From Longimicrobiales bacterium (GTDB taxonomy: Bacteria > Gemmatimonadota > Gemmatimonadetes > Longimicrobiales > RSA9), in the NCBI GenBank assembly GCA_038257485.1, contig JBBSJG010000003.1, forward strand, positions 1 through 49,659: a stretch of DNA of 49,659 nt, in the 5' to 3' direction. This document shows positions 8,570-16,614 of the stretch, in pieces (position 1 is the first letter of the stretch; each line of letters begins with the position of its first letter). Under the pieces are notes generated by a model. The model was not told where the DNA came from, made no database searches, and worked only from the letters and a program-made list of their open reading frames with translations. The position numbers and the translations under genes were made by a program.

Positions 8570-9757
8570 CTAATGACGCAGTTGCGCGGCCCAACTGCCG
8601 AGTAGCGCACGTTCTTCGTCCGTGATCCATGTCTGGTTGGCGGGCGGCATGGTCTTCGTCGTAACCGCCCTGGCTTCAATGCGTGCGGCCATTGCACGCA
8701 CTGCCTCCGGCGTATCGAACGACACGCCGGCCGCGGGCGCACCGAACGCGCGGTTCGACGGCGATACGGAGTGACAGACGGCGCAGCGCTTTTGGATGAC
8801 TGCATAGCCGTCGTCGAATGTCACTACTTGATCAACGCGCACGGAGGACCCGCTTGCGGGCGACGACGGTAGCGTCAGGATATGGAGCGCGCCGAGTGTC
8901 GCGAGCATGGTCGCGGCGAGCGCGGGTTTCCATGCGCCGAAACTCCATCGCGTATTCAGGATGTGACGAATCCCGGCACCACCAACGATCAGCACACCGA
9001 GCACGGCCCAGCCCCAGCGACCGCTGTAAAGCGTGGGGAAATGACTGCTCAACATCAGCGCGATCACGGGGAACGTCATGTAGTTGTTGTGAATCGAACG
9101 CAGCTTCGCGGCAGCGGCGAGTCGTTCATCGACCGGTTGGCCCGCTTCCATCGCGGCCACGAATGAGCGCTGCGCTGCCATGATGTGGAAGCGGACATTG
9201 CCCGCCATGACCGTTCCCATCAGCGCACCGACGTGCAGGAACGCGGCGCGGCCGGTGAACAGACGGCCGAGCAGGAAGCCGAGCGCGAGAACCAGGACGA
9301 GACACAACACCGCGGCCACAGCGGTGTGACGACGGAGCGGCGACCGCCAGATCGCTTCATAGGTCAGCCACCCAGCGAGCAGCGCGCCAATGCCGACGGC
9401 CGACGCGGCTGCGGCTGACAGGCCGGACGCGGGGTTGACGAGGAGCGCACCGCCCGTCGCGTAGTACACTGCGACAAGTAGCGCTGCACCGCTCAGCCAC
9501 GTCGTATAGGCCTGCCACTTGAACCAGTGGGGCGAGCGCGGCGATACGTCACCAAGCGCGAGCGTCTTCTCCACGTGGTAGAATGCGCCGCTGTGCAGCA
9601 GCCACGTTTCGCCAAAGCTGCGATCCCTCGCCTCGGCCGCAGGCCGCAGGTTGCGGTCGAGCCAGTTGAACAGCAGTGAGTTGCCGACCCACATGATTGC
9701 GGCAACCACATGGATCCAGCGCAGTGCGATATCGAGAAGTTCGACCAGCGCGCGCAT
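8570..9757 (-). CDS. puuD: Membrane urate oxidase/hydroxylase with C-terminal cytochrome c
   Basis: RWIHVVAAIMWVG, HWFKWQAYTTWLSG, RSIHNNYMTFP, multiple TM helices, CxxCH (CAVCH), MPP.N.T.IT.EER. Confidence 0.9.
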   Translation of the reverse strand: MRALVELLDIALRWIHVVAAIMWVGNSLLFNWLDRNLRPAAEARDRSFGETWLLHSGAFYHVEKTLALGDVSPRSPHWFKWQAYTTWLSGAALLVAVYYATGGALLVNPASGLSAAAASAVGIGALLAGWLTYEAIWRSPLRRHTAVAAVLCLVLVLALGFLLGRLFTGRAAFLHVGALMGTVMAGNVRFHIMAAQRSFVAAMEAGQPVDERLAAAAKLRSIHNNYMTFPVIALMLSSHFPTLYSGRWGWAVLGVLIVGGAGIRHILNTRWSFGAWKPALAATMLATLGALHILTLPSSPASGSSVRVDQVVTFDDGYAVIQKRCAVCHSVSPSNRAFGAPAAGVSFDTPEAVRAMAARIEARAVTTKTMPPANQTWITDEERALLGSWAAQLRH

Positions 9758-9767
9758 TACGGCACCC

Positions 9768-10130
9768 TCAACTGCCGCGGTACGTGCTGAAGCCGAACGG
9801 ACTGAGCAGCAGCGGCACATGATAGTGCGCAGTACTGTCCCGTACGTCGAAATCGATGGTCACCGCGGGATAGAAGGCCTCGACGTGCTGCTGTTCGAAG
9901 TACGCCCCCGTCGCGAAATGCATGCGGTACGTTCCCGCGCTCAGCTGCGACCCCTCGGCAGCCAGATCGCTGCAGCGGCCGTCCGCATCGGTGGTGCCCC
10001 GTCCGATGACCGTGGTCCCGCCGCCGGCGCCGCCGGCGCCGTCGACAGACGACAGCGTCACTGCGACACCGGCCGCGGGACGCCCGATCGAGGTGTCCAG
10101 CACGTGTGTAGTGATCGTGATTGCGTTCAT
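9768..10130 (-). CDS. uraH: 5-hydroxyisourate hydrolase (transthyretin-like)
   Basis: ITTHVLD, DGR, HYHVPLLLSPFGFSTYRGS C-terminus. Confidence 0.95.
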   Translation of the reverse strand: MNAITITTHVLDTSIGRPAAGVAVTLSSVDGAGGAGGGTTVIGRGTTDADGRCSDLAAEGSQLSAGTYRMHFATGAYFEQQHVEAFYPAVTIDFDVRDSTAHYHVPLLLSPFGFSTYRGS

Positions 10131-10657
10131 GATCTCAGCATCTTCTCCAGTCGCAGTCGCGTGATCCTGCGTTGCTCTTCCGCGGCCACGCGCAGCTCGG
10201 TGTCGGCGTCGTTTTCGAGGCGGGAGCCCAGCGCTTCCAGAATTTCGGCGGCCGATTTCCCCGTTGCGCAGATCAGGAAGATGTGGCCGAACTTTCCTTC
10301 GTACTCCTGCTGCGCGGCGGTGAGCGACACGCGGTGTGATTCATCCGCACTCGCCGTGGCGGCCGCCTGTTCGCCTGCCGCCCATTGCCGTTGCGTCGCG
10401 GTTGCCGTTGCGTCGGTCTCGCCCGTACGTTCGCCGATGCGCGGATGGCCGTCGAATGCGTCACGCCATGCGTAAGCGCCCAGTCGCTGCCATGTCACGT
10501 CCGCGGAATCGAGCAGTGCGCCCACGTCGCGGTACGGCCGCTGTGCAGCCATTGCCTGCGCCCAGGCCAGCGATGCGCAGCACTGGCGCAGCTCCGCGAC
10601 GGCCTCTGCATCAGGCAGCGCATTCAGCCGTGCGACCGCAGCGGCCTCATCCGCCAA
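10127..10657 (-). CDS. uraD: OHCU decarboxylase
   Basis: LNAL, HPRIG, EQ, YE.KFGHIFLICATGK, RL.ND...E...A..EQ..IT.LRL. Probable TTG start at 10657 with GGAG 9 nt upstream. Confidence 0.9.
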   Translation of the reverse strand: MADEAAAVARLNALPDAEAVAELRQCCASLAWAQAMAAQRPYRDVGALLDSADVTWQRLGAYAWRDAFDGHPRIGERTGETDATATATQRQWAAGEQAAATASADESHRVSLTAAQQEYEGKFGHIFLICATGKSAAEILEALGSRLENDADTELRVAAEEQRRITRLRLEKMLRS

Positions 10658-11642
10658 GTACAGGCACTCCGAATAGGCGCAGGCGAGCGACACCGCCGTC
10701 CGGGTGAATATTCAGCCTTGCATGGGACGCAGTCGGGGCCTCGCGACTCACGCGGTCGACGAAGTCATGGACGGTGTGAGCCATGAGTGACGTGAGCTGC
10801 AGGATCGTCTGCCATTCTGCATCCGCTGGCGGAACCTCCACCGCACTGTCACACACCTCGATCGAGCAGCTTCCCGGAGCATTGCCCTTGAAGTGGGACG
10901 TGTCGATCACGGCACGCCGGATCTGACCGCGCGCACCCAGCCGCACGATCGCCCAGTCGTGGCCGGGACCACGCCGCCGCTTCGTCTCCCAGCCGTCGTG
11001 CATGCCGAGCGGTTGGCCCGGCATGATCATGTTTACGGGATTGCCGTAGTGCTCATCACTGCATTGCACGACGCGGCCACCGTGCTCCACCGCGGCCAGG
11101 TCGAGCTCGCCGCCGCCGCGGTGCAGTGACCACCACTCGGGCAGAACCACACCATGCACGCGCAACCGCGCGACACCACCATCGGGAAAGATGTTGAGGC
11201 GGAGGTGCGTGAACTTCTGCGACGGACTGATCTCGAAGAGGTTGCGGTCGTTGCCGCGAAGCGGCGACTGCGGCAGGATCTCGGTCCACGTCACACGGTC
11301 CCCCGTGAGCGTTGCCTCATCCGCAAAGCCGTCCACGGTGCAGCCCTCTATGGAGCAGGACTCCGGATAGTTGCCGGTGAAGAACGCCGTGTCCACGACA
11401 ACACCGTGAATCCGGCCGGGCAGGCCGAGTCTAACAATGCACCAGTCGTAGCCAGGTGAACGGCGACGGCGAGTCTCCCAGCCGTCCATCCACTTGCCAC
11501 GCTCTGTATACTCGCCCTCGCGCCATTCCGGCTGCGACGCACGCACGAGGTTCTCCTTCGGTGCGAAGAACTCGTCGTTCGTGAACAGCGCCGCGCCGCC
11601 GAGTCGTTCGCTCGCCAGATCGATCAGTTGTGTGAATTCCAT
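10647..11642 (-). CDS. alc: Allantoicase
   Basis: Two allantoicase repeats: DEFFA, DGWETRRRR / DGWETKRRR, PDGGVARLR twice. Confidence 0.95.
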   Translation of the reverse strand: MEFTQLIDLASERLGGAALFTNDEFFAPKENLVRASQPEWREGEYTERGKWMDGWETRRRRSPGYDWCIVRLGLPGRIHGVVVDTAFFTGNYPESCSIEGCTVDGFADEATLTGDRVTWTEILPQSPLRGNDRNLFEISPSQKFTHLRLNIFPDGGVARLRVHGVVLPEWWSLHRGGGELDLAAVEHGGRVVQCSDEHYGNPVNMIMPGQPLGMHDGWETKRRRGPGHDWAIVRLGARGQIRRAVIDTSHFKGNAPGSCSIEVCDSAVEVPPADAEWQTILQLTSLMAHTVHDFVDRVSREAPTASHARLNIHPDGGVARLRLFGVPVLGG

Positions 11643-12988
11643 GGGATCCCGTCCTCAGTCCTGTTCAGCAGCCGGCCGTGCGCAGACGCAACGGCATCGG
11701 TATGCACGATTTCACCGCGCAGATACGTCGCGCGCACTGCACCGGTGAGTGATTCGCCGTCGTATGGTGTCAGCTTGTGGCGGTGATGAAGCCGCCGCGC
11801 ATCCACCGTCCATTCCGCATCCGGATCGAACACCACGAAGTCGGCATCCCGCCCCGGCGCGATCACGCCCTTCGCCGGCAACCCCGCCAGCCGTGCGGGC
11901 GCCTCGCACATCCACGTGGCGACCTGGTGCAGCGTGACACCTCGCGCGCGCGCATCACTCCATACCACCGGCAGTGCGAGCTGCAGCGACGCGATGCCAC
12001 CCCACGCGTTCAGGAACGTCCCGTCGTCGACACACTTCAACGATGGCGGCGAGGGGGAGTGGTCACTCGCGATGAGGTCGAGGGCGCCATCGATCAGGCC
12101 AGCCCAGAGCGCGTCACGATTCGAGGCCGACCGGATCGGCGGTGCACACTTGTATGCGGTGCCACCGTCCGCAATGCCGTCGCATTCGAAATGCAGGTAG
12201 TGCGGGCATGTCTCGGCCGTGAACGGCAGTCCTTCCGCACTCGCCGCGCGCAGCAGTGGCAGAACGTGCTCGCTCGCGACGTGCACGACGTGCATCCGCA
12301 CACGTGTTTCACGACACAGGTCGATCAACAGCCGCACCGCTTCCACTTCCGCGGCGTCCGGGCGGGTCGCGAGGTACGTCGCGTAGCAGCGAGGATCACC
12401 ATCGGCGGCCAACACGAGATGCGACGGCAGTTCCGCGTGCACCAGCAGCGGTGCGCCGAGGCGCGCGAGGATCGGAAGCGCGCGTACGAGGTCCGGCGCG
12501 TCCACGTGCTCGAACTCCTCCACACCGGGCGGCGACAGGAAGCACTTGAAGCCGAGCACGCCGCCGTCCCACAACGGCTCGAGTTCCGACGTGTTGCCCG
12601 GAACGACACCGCCCCAGAAGCCGACATCGACAGTGCAGTTGCCGTGTGCAGCAGCGCGCTTCGCTTCGAGGCCCGCGAGCGTTGTCGTCGCAGGAACACT
12701 GTTCAGCGGCATATCGACGAGCGTGGTAATCCCGCCTGCAGCTGCGGCAAGTGTGCCGCTGGCGAAGCCTTCCCATTCCGAACGACCGGGGTCGTTCAGG
12801 TGGACGTGCGTATCCACCAGACCCGGCATCAGTGCGGAGTCGCCGATATCGATGCAATGCACACCCGTTGCCACATAGTCGAAGGACTCGACGGCGGTGA
12901 TGACGCCGTCGCATACAACAACACTTGCGGCCGCTACGCCGGATGGCAGCACGACGCGCCGACTGCGGAACACGACGTCCGCAGCCAT
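11624..12988 (-). CDS. allB: Allantoinase (amidohydrolase)
   Basis: PGLVDTHVH, EWEGF, GGITT.VDMPLNS, HAE, ETCPHYL, KCAPPIR, SDHSP; pathway context. Confidence 0.93.
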   Translation of the reverse strand: MAADVVFRSRRVVLPSGVAAASVVVCDGVITAVESFDYVATGVHCIDIGDSALMPGLVDTHVHLNDPGRSEWEGFASGTLAAAAGGITTLVDMPLNSVPATTTLAGLEAKRAAAHGNCTVDVGFWGGVVPGNTSELEPLWDGGVLGFKCFLSPPGVEEFEHVDAPDLVRALPILARLGAPLLVHAELPSHLVLAADGDPRCYATYLATRPDAAEVEAVRLLIDLCRETRVRMHVVHVASEHVLPLLRAASAEGLPFTAETCPHYLHFECDGIADGGTAYKCAPPIRSASNRDALWAGLIDGALDLIASDHSPSPPSLKCVDDGTFLNAWGGIASLQLALPVVWSDARARGVTLHQVATWMCEAPARLAGLPAKGVIAPGRDADFVVFDPDAEWTVDARRLHHRHKLTPYDGESLTGAVRATYLRGEIVHTDAVASAHGRLLNRTEDGIPWNSHN

Positions 12989-13809
12989 CAGGCTGTCTCT
13001 GCGAGGAAGCGGCGCAGCAGGTTCGCGGCAACCGTGCGGCGGTATTCAGCGCTCGACCGGATATCGTCGATAGGCGAGATCTCCGACATCATCGCGCGCA
13101 CGACGTCGTCATCGGTACCGCCATCCATCAGTACGCGCTCAGCCGCGTGCAATCGCACGACTGTCGGCGCCACGCTGCCGATTGCGATGCGGGGCGACGG
13201 TCCGCGCACGCCGGCGATGACGATCTTCGAGATCGCCTGTGCTGCACGCGTTCCAACCTTCCGGAACCATTGCGTGCCCTCGACCGCCGGCACTTCGATC
13301 GAGCGGATCAGTTCGCCGGGCTGAATCACATTCGTGCGATAGCCCGTGTAGAATTCTGCGAACGGGACGCGCCGCTCGCCATCGCGATGCGCGAGCACGA
13401 TGACCGCCTCCGCGGCCGCGAACACCGGCAGTGTGTCGCCTGCGGGCGAACCATTCGCGATGTTGCCCGCGAGTGTGCCCCGGTTCTGGATCTGGACACC
13501 GCCGATCTCGCGGCACGCTGCGACCAGCATCGGCAGCTGCCGCTGCACCGCTTCCGACGCCACCACTTCGCTGTGCGTGCACAGTGCGCCGAACCGCAGC
13601 ACATCGTCCGTCGCCTCCACGCCGCTCAGCTCCGGAAGGCCCCAGATGTCGATGAACGATCGCGCTGTGACGGTATTGAAGTTCAGGCCGACATACACGT
13701 CAGTGCATCCCGCGATCGGCATGAGCGATGGTGTGTCCGCGAGTCGATCCAGCGCTTCCTCGAAGGACACCGGCCGAACCAGCTCGAGCGGTGAGATCGC
13801 GCTCCTCAT
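12988..13809 (-). CDS. Xanthine dehydrogenase family FAD-binding subunit (PucC/CoxM-like)
   Basis: AGCTD, IQNRGTLAGNIANGSPAGD, PIDDIRSSAEYR. The ATG at 13809 overlaps the FeS-subunit stop. Confidence 0.9.
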   Translation of the reverse strand: MRSAISPLELVRPVSFEEALDRLADTPSLMPIAGCTDVYVGLNFNTVTARSFIDIWGLPELSGVEATDDVLRFGALCTHSEVVASEAVQRQLPMLVAACREIGGVQIQNRGTLAGNIANGSPAGDTLPVFAAAEAVIVLAHRDGERRVPFAEFYTGYRTNVIQPGELIRSIEVPAVEGTQWFRKVGTRAAQAISKIVIAGVRGPSPRIAIGSVAPTVVRLHAAERVLMDGGTDDDVVRAMMSEISPIDDIRSSAEYRRTVAANLLRRFLAETA

Positions 13810-14264
13810 GGCGCACCGCCGGCATCGGCGAAACCGGTGGGATCGACAGCCCGGATGGCGCGGTAGATCGCTTCGTAGCCCGTGCAGCGGCAGATGTTGC
13901 CCGCGAGTCGCGTCCGGATCTCTTCGATCGGTGCGGACGGGTCGATGTCGAGTGCGGCGAGGATCATTCCGGGCGTGCAGATGCCGCACTGTGCACCGCC
14001 ATGTTCGATGAATGCCTGCTGGAGCGGATGATCGGTGCTGATCCCTTCGATCGTCGTGATCGCCGCATCCTCGACCTGCGCGACGGGAACCAGGCATGCG
14101 CACACGGGCTCGCCTTCCACCAGTACCGTACACGCCCCGCACTCACCCTCGCCGCAACCCTCCTTCGTACCTGTGAGGCCGAGGTCCTCGCGCAGTACGT
14201 CGAGCAGGCGCGACATCGGGTGCACGTCGACGTCATAGTCCACACCATTCACACGGAGCTGCAC
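13806..14264 (-). CDS. Xanthine dehydrogenase family 2x[2Fe-2S] subunit (PucE/CoxS-like)
   Basis: GTKEGCGEGECGACTV, QCGICTPG, GNICRCTGY. Confidence 0.95.
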   Translation of the reverse strand: MQLRVNGVDYDVDVHPMSRLLDVLREDLGLTGTKEGCGEGECGACTVLVEGEPVCACLVPVAQVEDAAITTIEGISTDHPLQQAFIEHGGAQCGICTPGMILAALDIDPSAPIEEIRTRLAGNICRCTGYEAIYRAIRAVDPTGFADAGGAP

Positions 14265-14414
14265 ACGGCCTCCCTCATTCGTTCCTTTGTCATGGTGCCC
14301 ATGCTAATGCCCGCGCGCGATCATGGGAAGGCCGGATGCTGGCGCGCGGCGGGGCTCCCGGGCATTATGCTTCGAGGGAGGAACGGGGACTGCAGACAAC
14401 CATTGGAGGTCGCA

Positions 14415-14684
14415 ATGACACGGGAATGGCGCATCGATTCACTCGGCGAGGAGACTGCAGCTGTCGAGGAAAGCGGCGAGCTCGTGCACGTGCCACGCTG
14501 GCTGCTCCCGCCCGGGGCGCAGGAAAATGATATTGTGAGTGTCCTGGTGACGGATGCGGGGCAGGAGCGCAGGGTGATCCTTCGCGTCGCAGTCGAGGCT
14601 ACCAGGGCCGCGCTCGACGCGTCCCGGCTGCAGGTACGTTCGACACCGAACCAGAACGATCCGGGCGGAGCTATTCAGCTGTAG
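14415..14684 (+). CDS. DUF3006-like small protein
   Basis: GGAGGT RBS before ATG 14415; ID......A.VE and LP.GA.E.D.V pattern of DUF3006, a family often found next to ComEC-like MBL genes. Confidence 0.65.
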   Translation: MTREWRIDSLGEETAAVEESGELVHVPRWLLPPGAQENDIVSVLVTDAGQERRVILRVAVEATRAALDASRLQVRSTPNQNDPGGAIQL

Positions 14685-14708
14685 CTTCCGCCCGGATCGA
14701 ACTCGCGG

Positions 14709-16532
14709 CTACATGCCGACGCAGGCGCTGGATGCCGAGGTTCCGTCTCCGGAGCCGCTCATGCTCGATGTGCCCCGTTCCACCGTTGCCGTATACCCGC
14801 CGCCCGGCGTTCCCGGCGTGCGGAAGGTGATGGTTCCGTTCCCGTCCGTGCGGTACCACGGAATCCCCAGATCCGTCATCAGTGTCTTCGTCTGTGTGTT
14901 CACATGGCCGAAGCTGTTGGTGGCGCTGACACCGATGGCGATCCACTCCGGTGACAAGAGCTGCAGGTAGCGGCGGGAAACACCGTTGCAGCTGCCGTGA
15001 TGGTCCGCCTTCAGCACCGTGACGTCCATACCAGGCGCCATGTCGTACTCAGCTCCCGCATCGAACCAGTCGATTGCCGCATGCTCCGCGTCGCCGGCGA
15101 ACCACATCGAAAAGCTCGCCGAATCAGGGCCGACCAGCTTCACGCCGCCACTTCGATTGTTCGGCGTGCTCCCATTCGGGTCGGGCCGCAGCAGGTGCAG
15201 CCGGGCGCCTCCCGCCATCGTGATCGTGCAGGTAGGAGCACCTGTCACGCAGGGATCATCCGTGTCGCGGTAGATCAACTGCCCGCGACCAACTCGCGCA
15301 TTGATCGAATCGCGAAGTTCCGCCAGCGTGACGGCGGTGCCGGCGTCCTTGTTCTCGAACAAGTACCGGATCGTGATTCCGCGCGTCGTCTTGAACAGCT
15401 CCCGCAGGCCGCTGTAATGGTCGGCATGAGCGTGCGAAATGACCACGACATCGATCGTTGTGTTGTTCAGTCCCATGGCATCGAGGTGCGCGCCCATCGA
15501 TGTCACGCTCGGGCCGCCATCGATGAAGATTTTGCTCACGCCGTCCGTGATGTATGTGGCATCACCCTGTCCGATATCCAGCACACGAACCACCAGATCG
15601 CCCGGTGTTCCGCCGCCCCCACCGCCGGCTGCTTCCACCGTGACCGACGCCTCGCCCCAGACGCCGTTCGCGGCCGTTGCACGGATCTGAGCCGTTCCCA
15701 CGGCCACCGCTGTCGCCATGCCGCTCCCGCTCACGGTAGCAACCGCACTGTTCGAACTGCTCCACGTGAACGTGGTCGCCACCGCATTGCCACTCGCATC
15801 CACCGCGGACGCTGTGAACTGCTGCGTGCCGCCCGGCGCGAGCGTTGCCCCCGGAGGCGTCACCGTAACGACCGCAGGCGTGGATGACACCGCGTACCCG
15901 TCGTTCCTGGCGCCCGGCGTGCCACGGTCGCCGCCCTTGCCGAACGTGGATGTCGCGGGGTGCCAGTTCGTGCCACCCACATTCGTATTGTCCGCCGTCG
16001 GATTCGTTACGCCGCGCGTGGAACCCGCCGGCATGGCCGACCATGATACAGAATCCACCATCGCGCCCGTACCATCCCGCAGAACGACCCAGTCCGATCC
16101 ATTGGCCAGGACAATCCCAGTACCATACGCGTACGCATTGGTGATCCCGCCATTTCGCTTCGACGCCGATACTCTCGCCAGCACCTTGTGGCCGCCGGCT
16201 GCAATACTCAATGTCCCGATTGTGTGCGTCGCATCATTGCTCGACTCCAGCTTCCATCCAGCCATGTTCACCGAGGCGGTACCCGAATTGTAGATCTCGA
16301 TCCATTCGCCATTGTCATCCGTTACCGCCGACGGATCCGCCATCACCTCATTGATGATGATGCCCGACCCGCTTACCACACTCGCGAGCGGTCGACCTCC
16401 ACCCGGCGCGGAAACCGGTGCCACGACCAGCTCGGTGCATGTAGCGAGGATGAACGGAAGACCGAGAACGATGTACAAGAGGGCACTGCGTGCGAATCGA
16501 ACTTTTGGGGCGGATCCCAGGTTCTGCTGCAT
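14709..16532 (-). CDS. Secreted lamin-tail domain + Ig-like (Big_2) + ComEC/Rec2-type metallo-beta-lactamase-fold hydrolase (putative nuclease/phosphodiesterase), lipoprotein
   Basis: Lipobox-like LATC; IINEVMADP/GEWIEIYN/GTPGA.N (LTD); TWSSSN..VATVS..G (Big_2); DIGQGD, SHAHADHYSG, GDAE, HHGS, N.FGH (ComEC-type MBL). Confidence 0.85.
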   Translation of the reverse strand: MQQNLGSAPKVRFARSALLYIVLGLPFILATCTELVVAPVSAPGGGRPLASVVSGSGIIINEVMADPSAVTDDNGEWIEIYNSGTASVNMAGWKLESSNDATHTIGTLSIAAGGHKVLARVSASKRNGGITNAYAYGTGIVLANGSDWVVLRDGTGAMVDSVSWSAMPAGSTRGVTNPTADNTNVGGTNWHPATSTFGKGGDRGTPGARNDGYAVSSTPAVVTVTPPGATLAPGGTQQFTASAVDASGNAVATTFTWSSSNSAVATVSGSGMATAVAVGTAQIRATAANGVWGEASVTVEAAGGGGGGTPGDLVVRVLDIGQGDATYITDGVSKIFIDGGPSVTSMGAHLDAMGLNNTTIDVVVISHAHADHYSGLRELFKTTRGITIRYLFENKDAGTAVTLAELRDSINARVGRGQLIYRDTDDPCVTGAPTCTITMAGGARLHLLRPDPNGSTPNNRSGGVKLVGPDSASFSMWFAGDAEHAAIDWFDAGAEYDMAPGMDVTVLKADHHGSCNGVSRRYLQLLSPEWIAIGVSATNSFGHVNTQTKTLMTDLGIPWYRTDGNGTITFRTPGTPGGGYTATVERGTSSMSGSGDGTSASSACVGM

Positions 16533-16580
16533 GCTGAAACGCTCCGATCGGAGGATTAGCGACGTCTGGAAGGTCTACGA

Positions 16581-16608
16581 AGCATAGCCATCAATGCGTC
16601 AATAGCAA
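16581..16608 (-). promoter_or_regulatory. Candidate sigma70 promoter for the LTD-MBL gene
   Basis: Minus strand TTGCTA - 16 nt - TATGCT in an AT-richer spacer, about 50 nt upstream of ATG 16532. Confidence 0.4.
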
Positions 16609-16614
16609 GTTGGG

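Noticed and set aside
8570-9757. Cytochrome c-fused membrane uricase as a novelty
   Set aside because: Matches the already described PuuD family.
11777-13324. Long antisense or alternate-frame ORFs (for example 11777-13324, 16621-18057, 3669-4985, 1881-2930, 47873-48928)
   Set aside because: Shadow ORFs expected in high-GC DNA opposite well-supported genes; Arg/Ala-rich with no motifs.
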